DNA of 63,936 nucleotides, counting the filler, from an uncultured Methanosarcinales archaeon (lineage in GTDB: Archaea > Nanobdellota > Nanobdellia > Woesearchaeales > CAYXTQ01), in assembly GCA_964608065.1 (NCBI GenBank). It is 3 parts of 3 records of this genome, joined end to end, with 100 filler letters (N's around TTAATTAATTAA, not from the genome) between each part and the next. Parts side by side here need not be neighbours in the genome. Positions count along the whole stretch, not along the records: positions 1 to 28,631 come from CAZSMA010000006.1; positions 28,732 to 56,371 come from CAZSMA010000007.1; 1 more part is not named here. One strand, written 5' to 3'. Both the position numbers and the translations under genes were made by a program. The notes below the pieces were generated by a model. The model was given only the letters and a program-made list of their open reading frames with translations. It had not been told where the DNA came from and searched no databases. Numbering within the stretch: position 1 is the stretch's first letter; each line of letters opens with the position of its first letter. This document shows positions 27,519 to 36,561 of the stretch, piece after piece.

Positions 27519-28463
27519 CTACTTTTTTTTGTCTAGCTTTTTCTTTAATTCTTTATATTCTTTCATATACAGATTGATAGTTGGCTTTAAATCACGATAT
27601 TTTTCATATGCCTGCAGCGCATCATAGTATTCAACCCTGTTCTTGAAATCAATATTCACAGGAGGCAATTTGTGTTTGATAAGGATATTATTTTGAAGTA
27701 TCCTGCCTACTCTGCCGTTTCCGTCAGCAAATGGATGAATATTTTCGAATTGATTGTGAACCACTGCTGCTAAAACAAGTCCAGGGTATTTTATCTTATT
27801 CTTTTCATACCATTCTACTAATCGCCTAAGCAAATGGGCAATTCTTGCTTGTGGAGCTCCTTCATGGACAATGTTCCCTCTGCTATCCAGGACTACAACA
27901 TCCTCTTTCTTTTTTCTTAATTTTCCTGCAAACGTTTTTGAATTTTTAAAGACAATCTTGTGTATATTCTTTATTAGTCCTACTGATACGTGCTCTTTTG
28001 TTTTTCTGATAAAGGATATTGCTTCGTCAACTCCAAAAGCTTCAGCTATATCTTCTTTTGATCTATTAGGCCATTTATCTTTTTCTAATAAGTATTTTAC
28101 CTCAACCTGGTTAAGTTTGCTTCCTTCAATGGCATTTGTGTTATAGGTGAATATTTTTGAGAATTCCTTCCATTCTCTTTCTGAAAGGTGGGCTATCTTA
28201 ATCGGTATTTTTGCCTCTATATCCCTTATCCTTTTTATCTCTTCTTTTGAAAGTTCAAAATGCAACGGGTCTGAGATTATATTGTATTTATGGATTTCTT
28301 CTAATATAAGCTTTTCAGCGATGGCCTTTCTTTCTTCAAGGATTTTATTATTTATATCCTGGCCTAAGTATTTCCTGAACTTATGGACTTTTAAGCCTTC
28401 CCTGTATGAATGAGCAAGAAAATACTTAATTCTTTCTCCGACTTTCCTTTTTTCTATGTGCAT
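27519..28463 (-). CDS. Fic-family AMPylase with N-terminal inhibitory motif
   Basis: HPFADGNGRVGR active motif; TNAIEG (S/T)xxxE(G/N) motif. Confidence 0.92.
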   Translation of the reverse strand: MHIEKRKVGERIKYFLAHSYREGLKVHKFRKYLGQDINNKILEERKAIAEKLILEEIHKYNIISDPLHFELSKEEIKRIRDIEAKIPIKIAHLSEREWKEFSKIFTYNTNAIEGSKLNQVEVKYLLEKDKWPNRSKEDIAEAFGVDEAISFIRKTKEHVSVGLIKNIHKIVFKNSKTFAGKLRKKKEDVVVLDSRGNIVHEGAPQARIAHLLRRLVEWYEKNKIKYPGLVLAAVVHNQFENIHPFADGNGRVGRILQNNILIKHKLPPVNIDFKNRVEYYDALQAYEKYRDLKPTINLYMKEYKELKKKLDKKK

Positions 28464-28474
28464 AATAGTAATAT

Positions 28475-28539
28475 AGGTGACTACATATTTAAACTTTTTG
28501 GTTTTAGGTGACTACATTTTAGTTATTTTGTAGTCACCT
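28475..28539. promoter_or_regulatory. Three AGGTGACTACA boxes around the fic promoter
   Basis: Copies at 28475-28485 and 28506-28516 (direct) and 28529-28539 (inverted), flanking the TATA box. Confidence 0.65.
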
Positions 28540-28631
28540 GTGATTTAATAAAAAAAAAAAAAAAAAAAAATTGGGTAATAAATTAAAAAAAAATAAAAAA
28601 AAAAAGTTAATTTTTTTTCTATTTTTTTTTT

Positions 28632-28731
28632 NNNNNNNNNNNNNNNNNNNNNNNNNNNNNNNNNNNNNNNNNNNNTTAATTAATTAANNNNNNNNNNNNN
28701 NNNNNNNNNNNNNNNNNNNNNNNNNNNNNNN
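28632..28731. other. Artificial contig linker (N44-TTAATTAATTAA-N44)
   Basis: All-frame stop linker flanked by Ns; identical to 56372-56471. Confidence 0.95.
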
Positions 28732-28911
28732 CGGTTATCAATATTAGTTTTTTCACTTTTTATCGCCCCCTTGCGGTTTTAATTATATTGGCTAATATTT
28801 ATCTCAATAATCCTTTCTACTATATAAACTTTTTGCTATTATAGAATGGTATCAAAATACTTGATTTTCATCCTAAGTAGGGGGTGAATATAATTAAAAA
28901 TAAAAAAAAAT

Positions 28912-30291
28912 TTACTTCTTGACAACAAAAAAAACAACAAGAAGTATTACTAAAACAATCACTGCTACTCCTAATCCCATCAATATTCCTATGTAATCTT
29001 CACTTGTTTCTTCATAAACTACTGCTCCTGTTACTTCTTCCATACTATTATCTTCAACAACTTCTTCTTCCTCTGTTTCTTCTACTATGTTGTTATCGCA
29101 GTCTTTAACAACTAAATTCAATGTTTCTTTTACTTCATCATTTCCTTTGTTATAGCTTGCTTTAACTGTTATTGAATATTCTCCTGCTTTAACTTCATTG
29201 TTTATCTTGATTGGAATCAACTCAGAAAATCTACTGTCGTCATCAAAAGGCTCTTCACTTAAGGTAAATTCCTTTTTAACATTTAAACCTAAATCACTGT
29301 TAACAATCTGTAAAACAACATCCTCTTCTTTTGTTCCAATATTAACCAAACTAACATCAACATTACTCTGTCTGTCACATTCTAACTCTTCTTTGCTTAA
29401 TTCTAACCTAGTAAACATCAATTCATGTGATTTTTTATCAACTTCAACCTTGAAATCTTCCCTTAGCCCATATTCTGTTTTAGCATCATCTTCTGCTTCT
29501 ACTAAAATTTCCAGATCATACTCTCCTTCTTCAACTTCTAAAGGGATTTCGAACTCAATCTTTGCTGTTTTACTTTTTCCCGGATTTAGGTCAAAATCTT
29601 CTGCTTCTTCTTCAATATATTCACCATCATCAATACCATCTAATAAAGCAGTAACTAAAACACCATTTATTTCAACATCCATTTCTTTAGAGTATAGATT
29701 TTCTAATTCAACCCTGACTTCCAGTTTTGAATTAGGTTCAACTTTTATAGTTCCAGATTCTTTGTCACCATCAACATAGAAATCTACGTTCTTTATTTTA
29801 AGATTATTACAAAGTTGGTCATAACTTAAAAAACTAGGTTTTTCAGGAGAAACATCAATAGTCCAGTCTAAATTGTAGATAGTGTATGAGTACGTTATCC
29901 CTATGCTTTCTTCTTTAGTTATTTTATAGTCTCCTATGCCCATATTCCAGCCAGGAGCTATTTCAGGCGGATCTGTGAAATCATTGTTATCAACATTAGT
30001 AACAAAAAAATTCCATCCATAATACTTGCCATCTACTGTTTTATGGCTTAACCCATTGATTGTTCTCAAATAATATGTCCCAGTTAATTCACCATCAATT
30101 GTCATGCTTATATCATTTCTTTTTTCATCTAAGTTGTCTAGAACATTATAGACAGAATCTCCGCTTTCAATATCAACACAACTATAATAGGTCTCACTCT
30201 CTACTTCTATTACTATACCTGTTTTAAGTGCAGATACAGTTAATGGTAACAACAAACAAATCAATACTAATCCATATATTATTTTTTTCAT
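28912..30291 (-). CDS. Secreted DUF4430-like plus Ig-like (S-layer/CARDB-like) protein with C-terminal TM anchor
   Basis: Signal peptide; YLRTINGL..YYGWNFFV..MGIGDYKI DUF4430-like pattern; acidic Ig-like repeats; C-terminal TM followed by KK. Confidence 0.7.
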   Translation of the reverse strand: MKKIIYGLVLICLLLPLTVSALKTGIVIEVESETYYSCVDIESGDSVYNVLDNLDEKRNDISMTIDGELTGTYYLRTINGLSHKTVDGKYYGWNFFVTNVDNNDFTDPPEIAPGWNMGIGDYKITKEESIGITYSYTIYNLDWTIDVSPEKPSFLSYDQLCNNLKIKNVDFYVDGDKESGTIKVEPNSKLEVRVELENLYSKEMDVEINGVLVTALLDGIDDGEYIEEEAEDFDLNPGKSKTAKIEFEIPLEVEEGEYDLEILVEAEDDAKTEYGLREDFKVEVDKKSHELMFTRLELSKEELECDRQSNVDVSLVNIGTKEEDVVLQIVNSDLGLNVKKEFTLSEEPFDDDSRFSELIPIKINNEVKAGEYSITVKASYNKGNDEVKETLNLVVKDCDNNIVEETEEEEVVEDNSMEEVTGAVVYEETSEDYIGILMGLGVAVIVLVILLVVFFVVKK

Positions 30292-30659
30292 CTTTTATCC
30301 CCCTTGCTAAACTCAAACATTATTTTATCGCCTCTTTTTATTTTGTAAGCATTAACTCCATAATTTATGTATTTATCATTGACAAATAAACTCCAACCAT
30401 ACTCATTTTCCACACATACATTATCAATACATTTTACAAATTGGTTATTTAGTGAAGTCTTTACATCATGCCTTTGTTTAAGCAGCTCTAAAGGGCTTGT
30501 ACCACTTCCATCATAATATTCAGATGTGGTGTTTCCTAGTGATCTTATTGTTAATTCTACTAAGCCAGTCTCTGATTTTATTCCCTTTTCCCTTAATCCT
30601 ATCAAGCTTAAACTTACTACTATACTTATTAATAAGATTAATACAATAATCTTTTTCAT
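30288..30659 (-). CDS. DUF4430 (transcobalamin C-terminal-like) domain protein
   Basis: N-terminal anchor; FVKCIDNV..YGWSLFVNDKYINYGVNAYKIKRGDKI. Confidence 0.8.
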   Translation of the reverse strand: MKKIIVLILLISIVVSLSLIGLREKGIKSETGLVELTIRSLGNTTSEYYDGSGTSPLELLKQRHDVKTSLNNQFVKCIDNVCVENEYGWSLFVNDKYINYGVNAYKIKRGDKIMFEFSKGDKR

Positions 30660-31266
30660 TGAAATTACCTTTTTCCATAATTTTTTTTTTCAAAAACGGC
30701 AAAAACAAACCAAATATTGAGTTAGATGCCAGATGTATAAGTGTGAATGGCAAAGCTGTCAAAAACAAAGTAAATATATTGAATGGAAACATAAAAACAG
30801 ATCCAATATTAATCACAATCTCAAAAATTAATGTTGCTATTGCCATGTATATCACTGTTTCAATAATAGATGCCTTCTTCCTCAAAAACCCTCCAACAAA
30901 TCCAGCTATTCCAAAACCTAATGCCTGGAACAAAGTCCATGGCCCTTGGCCACCAAACATCAAAAAGTTTGAGATATACAGACTAGAAGCTCCTGCTAAA
31001 AAACCTTTTTTTCTTCCAAACATCCAACCAGCCAATACAGCAAAAAATGTCAATGGCTCTGCACTAGGCACAGCCTGCATTGGAACCCTTAACAATGCAG
31101 CTCCAAAAACAAAGCTAGCTAAAACTAACCATTCCTTTAGTTTTATTATTTGTAACTGTTTCTGTAAAGCATGCAAAGCCAATCTTTGAGCAGATTTTGA
31201 TTTTTGCTCTACAACAACTATTCCTTTTTTCTTTATTTTTTGTTTTTGAATTAATTTTTGTTTCAT
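30520..31266 (-). CDS. ECF transporter S component (CbrT-like, likely cobalamin)
   Basis: VPSAEP, ISNFLMFGGQGPWTLFQ, H..SN motifs; multiple TM helices. Confidence 0.85.
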   Translation of the reverse strand: MKQKLIQKQKIKKKGIVVVEQKSKSAQRLALHALQKQLQIIKLKEWLVLASFVFGAALLRVPMQAVPSAEPLTFFAVLAGWMFGRKKGFLAGASSLYISNFLMFGGQGPWTLFQALGFGIAGFVGGFLRKKASIIETVIYMAIATLIFEIVINIGSVFMFPFNIFTLFLTALPFTLIHLASNSIFGLFLPFLKKKIMEKGNFNEKDYCINLINKYSSKFKLDRIKGKGNKIRDWLSRINNKITRKHHI

Positions 31267-31275
31267 AAAACTCAA

Positions 31276-34200
31276 CTATTTAGCTCTCTGTGCAACATAT
31301 GCTAAAGAAATTTTATCTCCAACATTAAGTTTTGTATTTAATGGGGATTTTATTTCATTTACAAAAACCTCAAGCCTCAAATTATTTCCTAGTTTTTCCA
31401 CAGCATCCGGGGCATATTGTGGTAACTCTGCTAATTCTTCTTGGTTTGTTTTTGGATTGATTGAATATTCTCTTTTTATCTTTAACTCATCGCTACTTGG
31501 TTTATCAAATATATGCTCAAGAAACTCTTTTACAGTTTTTCCTTTATTTTTATCTTTCTGTATTTCAACATCTGGGAATATTATACCTTTTAAAGGATTA
31601 CTATCATCTATTTCCACTCTTTTATTTTTTTCATGAAGTAAATTATAAAGTGGTTTCAAAACTCCATTACATGGATACCTTGACTCTGATACTTTATTGT
31701 GGAATTCAGAGTATCTTGCACCTTGGCATGGGTAGTTCTTTATTATCTCAGTTAGTTCATCTTTATGAAATTCAAAATAACGTGAACCTTTACATTGGTA
31801 TTTTTTGCTTGGATCAGAACTCTCATCTTGGTGGAATTCATTAAATCTAGAACCTCCACAAAGATACGATTTGTGAACTATTTTTATTTCCTTTCCTTTA
31901 TATTGTTCAAATAGATTTCCATCCAGTATTGTATCTAAACTCAATCCAGTATCAACAAAATAGCAAAACTGATTTGCAACAAAAACCTTTGTCTGATAAT
32001 GTTCTCCAAGCATTTCTTTTAGCTCTTGTTCGTTTTTTTTTTTTACATTTGCAGTTATATCTCCAAATGATTTGCCTTTATATTCTTCAGTTATTTGATT
32101 TTGCCATACTGGAACACCATCATGACCTGTATCAGCATTCTCATCTTTATAGTCTCCTTGAGTCACATTGAGAACTTCAACATTAATGTCTTTGGTTAAA
32201 TCACTATACTGACCATCTAAGAGTGGATTTTCTTTTCCAGATTCCCACGCTACTTCTTTTCCATTTATCTTTATAATTAAACCATCTTTTTTTCTAGCTT
32301 CATAGTCTTTTAAGTCTATAATCAAACCATCAACCCATTTACCATTTGTCCAGTCAGTATAGCCTTGTCTTACCTCTACATCAAAACCTTTTTCTTTCAA
32401 AACATGATGAACATAATTAAAAATAGAGTCTGATTTTATATCCCTTTTACCAATTTTCCCTGTTTTATTATCAATATACTCCATAATAGTTGTAGGCTTA
32501 TTATAAATTCCCTTAAAGCCCTTTAAAACACTTTCATCTATTTTTTCATTGTGCCATACCTCATAACCTTCCCCAACTTCCAAAGGTTTATAATCAGTCT
32601 TAAATTCTATTTCTTTAATTACTTCTTCTATAGTTTCTGCTTTATTATTTGTTTCTTCTTTTTTTTGTGTCAGTGCTTTTACAGCACTTACAGCACCCAT
32701 TCCAATACCAGCAAAAAGACCTGCTAATCCTAAACCTGCTACCTGGCCAAAAGTTATATCTTTATTTTGAGCATCATAATGTTCATTAGCTTTTTCACCA
32801 ATATTAGTATCTTCTATAGTCTTTTTATCATATTTTTCAACCTTTTCTTCTAATTCTGTTTTCTTTGTTGAAGACTCTTCTTGTACATTATTATCTTCAG
32901 TTACTGCTCTTCTCTCAATCTCTTTCTCATAATGTTCATTAGAAGACTCTTCTTCAATAGCTTTTTTTTCTTTTTTATACCTTGACTCAGCTCTTTCTTC
33001 TGTAATATCGCTAATTTCCATTCCCCTTATAACTTGATTCCTAAAAACAGACGGATTAATAACACTTAATTTAGCCCTTGATATTAAATTTTCAAGTGGA
33101 TAACTTTGTCCTAAAGTATCAGATGAGATTAATGAGAGATCTGCTTTATATGGCTTAGCTTCATCAGAATATAACACTTTCTTTAAATCTTTAATATCAT
33201 ATTTAACACCTTCGTGTTGATAAGGTTTTACTTCAAAATCATTGAATTTAATAACAAAATCAAGATTTGATTGTGAAACTAATTCTTTATAATCTGCATT
33301 AAGTCCTGCTTCAATAAAAACAGATGGTTTTATAGTATGATCAACATTTGAGTCGGATAGTTGATTGTTTTTTATTTCATCTAATCTATATTCGATTTTT
33401 GGAGTTTCTTTTGATTCAATTCTGTATTCTTTTATTATGTTGTTGTTATGTGCTGTTTTTATTTGATGAGGAAGAGCAGAATTAGTTTTTTTAATTGAAT
33501 ATTCTTGTTTTACAACAGGATTAACTTTAATTTGTTTAATTTCAGTATAATCATCTAATGTAGGAACAAATGTTTTTACCTCGATTTTGTAATCATTTTT
33601 TTTTACTTCATAAACATTAGGTCTTGAACTATATTCACTTAATTTTGAGTGGGTTTTTAATCTTTTTTCTACATTATTAGTAATATGATATAGTGGTTGC
33701 TCCTCTAAATAGTAATCATGTCTGCTGGAGTTCAAGTATAAATTTGATAAATCTGTGAAACTTAAGGCAGTATATTTTACTTCTAGATGTTCTTCATATC
33801 TTAAGCTATTTATTCCAAAACCCTCATAACCTAATCCAGCATAATTTATATCATATGTAAATATTCCTGCATAACTACCCTCATCTAAAACACCATATTT
33901 AGAATATGTTATCCCTTTATCTTTGAATAAGTGATTTTGTTTTAGTAATGATAAGATAGGAGTATAATTTATATCATTTACCATACCCTTATTTGAAATT
34001 GATTTAAAAGGTATTATTGATAGATAACTTAAAACTAAATCATCAGAATTTGCATAACTTTTACCTTCATCATAAAATTGAGATAATATTTTTTTTTCCA
34101 GACCACCTGAAGGAGCACTATGAGCTATTATTCTTGTTTCCAAATTAACATTATTATTATCTATGTTGCTATACCAGCGTGACTGAGCAACATTCTTTAT

Positions 34201-34359
34201 TCTGTCTTCTGTTACTGGCTTTCTAAATCCCTGGCCTCCGTCAGAAAATACAAAGTTACCTTCTTGGTTATTAGCTACAACAGGTCTAAACAAGAAAAAA
34301 GATTTATGATCTCTTCCACTTATTAATGAATTTTGACTATTATCTATAACACTTATCAT
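31276..34359 (-). CDS. Large hypothetical protein (1027 aa) with central hydrophobic segment, YxCxGxR(F/Y)xEFH repeats and beta-grasp-like C-terminus
   Basis: Long open ORF heading the ECF operon; repeats read directly from the translation. Confidence 0.75.
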   Translation of the reverse strand: MISVIDNSQNSLISGRDHKSFFLFRPVVANNQEGNFVFSDGGQGFRKPVTEDRIKNVAQSRWYSNIDNNNVNLETRIIAHSAPSGGLEKKILSQFYDEGKSYANSDDLVLSYLSIIPFKSISNKGMVNDINYTPILSLLKQNHLFKDKGITYSKYGVLDEGSYAGIFTYDINYAGLGYEGFGINSLRYEEHLEVKYTALSFTDLSNLYLNSSRHDYYLEEQPLYHITNNVEKRLKTHSKLSEYSSRPNVYEVKKNDYKIEVKTFVPTLDDYTEIKQIKVNPVVKQEYSIKKTNSALPHQIKTAHNNNIIKEYRIESKETPKIEYRLDEIKNNQLSDSNVDHTIKPSVFIEAGLNADYKELVSQSNLDFVIKFNDFEVKPYQHEGVKYDIKDLKKVLYSDEAKPYKADLSLISSDTLGQSYPLENLISRAKLSVINPSVFRNQVIRGMEISDITEERAESRYKKEKKAIEEESSNEHYEKEIERRAVTEDNNVQEESSTKKTELEEKVEKYDKKTIEDTNIGEKANEHYDAQNKDITFGQVAGLGLAGLFAGIGMGAVSAVKALTQKKEETNNKAETIEEVIKEIEFKTDYKPLEVGEGYEVWHNEKIDESVLKGFKGIYNKPTTIMEYIDNKTGKIGKRDIKSDSIFNYVHHVLKEKGFDVEVRQGYTDWTNGKWVDGLIIDLKDYEARKKDGLIIKINGKEVAWESGKENPLLDGQYSDLTKDINVEVLNVTQGDYKDENADTGHDGVPVWQNQITEEYKGKSFGDITANVKKKNEQELKEMLGEHYQTKVFVANQFCYFVDTGLSLDTILDGNLFEQYKGKEIKIVHKSYLCGGSRFNEFHQDESSDPSKKYQCKGSRYFEFHKDELTEIIKNYPCQGARYSEFHNKVSESRYPCNGVLKPLYNLLHEKNKRVEIDDSNPLKGIIFPDVEIQKDKNKGKTVKEFLEHIFDKPSSDELKIKREYSINPKTNQEELAELPQYAPDAVEKLGNNLRLEVFVNEIKSPLNTKLNVGDKISLAYVAQRAK

Positions 34360-34369
34360 TCTTTCCCCA

Positions 34370-34390
34370 CGTTGGATACGATATCCAACG
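34370..34390. promoter_or_regulatory. Perfect 9-bp inverted repeat, putative operator
   Basis: CGTTGGATA-CGA-TATCCAACG between the divergent promoters and the start of the 1027-aa gene. Confidence 0.6.
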
Positions 34391-34428
34391 AAAACTTTTT
34401 AAACTATATAAACTTTACGGTACTTTCT

Positions 34429-34992
34429 ATGGTGGGTAACATTCCAAACTATACAAAAATAGATGTATTAAGGTGTTTCTTAGCAATAGATGAAAACATA
34501 TCCAGAAAAGGGCTAGTCAAAAAACTTGGATTAGGAGAAGGAACTGTAAGATCTGTGTTGGACATATTAAAGAAAAAAAAAAACATAATTTCTACAAGGC
34601 AGGGTCATAGTCTTACTAACAAAGGTAAAACTCTTTTAAAAAAAATAAATAATCTTATTGAAATAAAAAAAATTGATTCTGATGCAATATATCCCAAGCA
34701 AAAAAAAATAGGTATATTAATTAAAGGAAGAAAAAAAGGAAAAATAGACTATAGATTAAGGGATATTGCTGTAAAAAACAAAGCAGAAGGTGCTGTAATC
34801 TTTGTTTTTGAAAAAAGATTATATCTGCCAAATGTTGATTACACAAGCAGATTTAGTGATTTAGAAAAAGAGTTTAATTTCAAAAAAGGCAATTTATTGA
34901 TAATAAGTTTTGCAACTAACTATAAAGATGCTGAATCAGGAGCATTAGCTATTGCTATTAACATATGTAAAGATTTAAATATAAGCAGATAA
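34429..34992 (+). CDS. Winged-HTH transcriptional regulator (DUF2111/DUF4443-like)
   Basis: ISRKGLVKKLGLGEGTVRSVL HTH; RDIAVK..AEGA..A..GAL C-terminal domain. Confidence 0.8.
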   Translation: MVGNIPNYTKIDVLRCFLAIDENISRKGLVKKLGLGEGTVRSVLDILKKKKNIISTRQGHSLTNKGKTLLKKINNLIEIKKIDSDAIYPKQKKIGILIKGRKKGKIDYRLRDIAVKNKAEGAVIFVFEKRLYLPNVDYTSRFSDLEKEFNFKKGNLLIISFATNYKDAESGALAIAINICKDLNISR

Positions 34993-35029
34993 TTAAAATA
35001 AAAAAAAAAAAAAAAAAAGAGGCTGATAA

Positions 35030-35899
35030 ATGATAATCATAAGCTGTTCTAATGGCAAACATCTGGCTAAAAAAGTTGCTAATAGACTAAAAAAACCTTA
35101 TTCTGAACTTAGTGTTGAAAAATTCCCAGATGGAGAATTAAATCTTAGATTTAAAACAGATGTTAAGAATAAGAAAGTTGTTCTAGTACAAAGCTTTTAT
35201 GGAGATATAAATGATTTAATAGTAGAAGTGTTGTTTGCAGCAGACACTGCCAAAGACTTAAAAGCAAAAAGTGTTTCATTAGTTGCACCTTATTTTCCAT
35301 ATCTGAGAAATGATAAAAGATTTCGTTCTGGAGAAGCCATAAGCTTAAGAGTCATAGCAGATATCATGGATAAATTTCTTGATGAAATATATATCATAGA
35401 TCCTCATCTTCATAGAGAAAAAACTTTAGGCCATATATTTAAGATTAAATCACATAAATTAAGTGCTTGTAAGAAGATTGCAGATTACATAAAGAAAAAC
35501 ATAAAGAAACCATTGATAATAGGCCCAGACTGGGAATCATATAAATGGGCTAACAAAGTTGCTTCTTATATTAATTCTGAATCATATATTATGGGAAAAA
35601 AGAGAATTTCTGGAAGAAAAGTTGTAGTTAGTTTCAACAAAAAAATCGATGTTAAAGGAAAAAACATAGTTATTATTGATGATATGATCAGCACAGGCAA
35701 CACTATAATAGAAGCTGCAAAGAATCTGAGAAAATTAGGAGTAAAAACAATTACCTGCATATGTGTCCATGGAATTTTTGCTGAGAATGCTTTGCAAAAA
35801 CTAAATAAAGCAAAGATTAATGTTATTTCTACAAACACCATTCCTTCTGCCAAAAGTAAGATTGATGTTACTGATGTTATTGTGGAAATGCTGGGTTAA
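35030..35899 (+). CDS. prs: Ribose-phosphate pyrophosphokinase (archaeal class III-like)
   Basis: FPDGE, PYFPYLRNDK..GEAIS, IIDDMISTGNT, CVHG. Confidence 0.92.
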   Translation: MIIISCSNGKHLAKKVANRLKKPYSELSVEKFPDGELNLRFKTDVKNKKVVLVQSFYGDINDLIVEVLFAADTAKDLKAKSVSLVAPYFPYLRNDKRFRSGEAISLRVIADIMDKFLDEIYIIDPHLHREKTLGHIFKIKSHKLSACKKIADYIKKNIKKPLIIGPDWESYKWANKVASYINSESYIMGKKRISGRKVVVSFNKKIDVKGKNIVIIDDMISTGNTIIEAAKNLRKLGVKTITCICVHGIFAENALQKLNKAKINVISTNTIPSAKSKIDVTDVIVEMLG

Positions 35900-35926
35900 T
35901 AACTCTTACTGAAATAAACCCAGTGA

Positions 35927-36244
35927 TTAGCTTAGATTAACTACAAGATGTTTTTTATCTGGAACAGAAACATATACTTCTTCTCCGCCTTTAAGATTTA
36001 AGCTTCTTGCCACATCTCTATTGATATACATTCCTAACCTATCATGGGAAAGTTTTATTATTTTCTGTTTTATCTTTAAAGTTGATTCTTTTTGTTTAAT
36101 TTCATCAATAGCTTTGTTTATAGATTTATCCTCAAAATCAAAATAACTACATTTACTGCATTGGTAACTAGTTGCAAGGCTATCTGCATCTTGAATCTTT
36201 ACTTTAACTTCTTTCATTTTTGCTTTACACTCAGGGCACATCAT
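35927..36244 (-). CDS. Zn-ribbon plus AbrB/MazE-like protein, putative antitoxin
   Basis: CPEC...CSKC, then LGMYINRDVARSLNLKGGEEVYV swapped-hairpin pattern. Confidence 0.75.
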   Translation of the reverse strand: MMCPECKAKMKEVKVKIQDADSLATSYQCSKCSYFDFEDKSINKAIDEIKQKESTLKIKQKIIKLSHDRLGMYINRDVARSLNLKGGEEVYVSVPDKKHLVVNLS

Positions 36245-36256
36245 TTTACACCACCT

Positions 36257-36466
36257 TTATATTTTTCTTTTAACATTTATCACATACAAAACCTTATCCT
36301 TCAATTCACACAAAATATAAAACTTATCGTCTTCAATTTCAATTTTGTTACCTTTCTTTCTCTTATTCTTTATTAAATATATTAAACGCACAACATCACT
36401 CCAGGCTAAAGTTCCTTTATGATACTCCTCGAAATGTTTACTTCTTCTGATTTCCTTCCAATACAT
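36257..36466 (-). CDS. Small basic protein, putative toxin (DUF4258/BrnT-like)
   Basis: SKHF near N-terminus, LYVINV at C-terminus; paired with the Zn-ribbon/AbrB gene. Confidence 0.55.
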   Translation of the reverse strand: MYWKEIRRSKHFEEYHKGTLAWSDVVRLIYLIKNKRKKGNKIEIEDDKFYILCELKDKVLYVINVKRKI

Positions 36467-36484
36467 TATATCATCTCTTTAATT

Positions 36485-36504
36485 TGACTATAAATTAATA
36501 GTCA
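36485..36504. promoter_or_regulatory. Putative TA operator
   Basis: TGACTAT-6nt-ATAGTCA inverted repeat between TATA and start codon. Confidence 0.55.
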
Positions 36505-36561
36505 TAAATACTATATAAAACTTTCGAAAAAAAAAAAAAAAAAGAAAATTAAGATAAAATA

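Noticed and set aside
28545..28631. Long poly-A/poly-T tracts (also near 26730, 35000, 36527, 63590)
   Set aside because: Probably terminator T-tracts inflated by low-quality consensus
28632..28731. TTAATTAATTAA palindrome within Ns (also 56372-56471)
   Set aside because: Artificial contig-joining linker; adjacency across it has no biological meaning
29198..29779. Long antisense ORFs (also 10459-10932, 30659-31189, 36926-37306)
   Set aside because: Shadow frames of genuine genes on the opposite strand
30520..30659. 140-nt same-strand overlap of the ECF S gene and DUF4430 gene
   Set aside because: It follows a homopolymer run at 30681-30690, so it may be an indel artefact; cannot be resolved without reads
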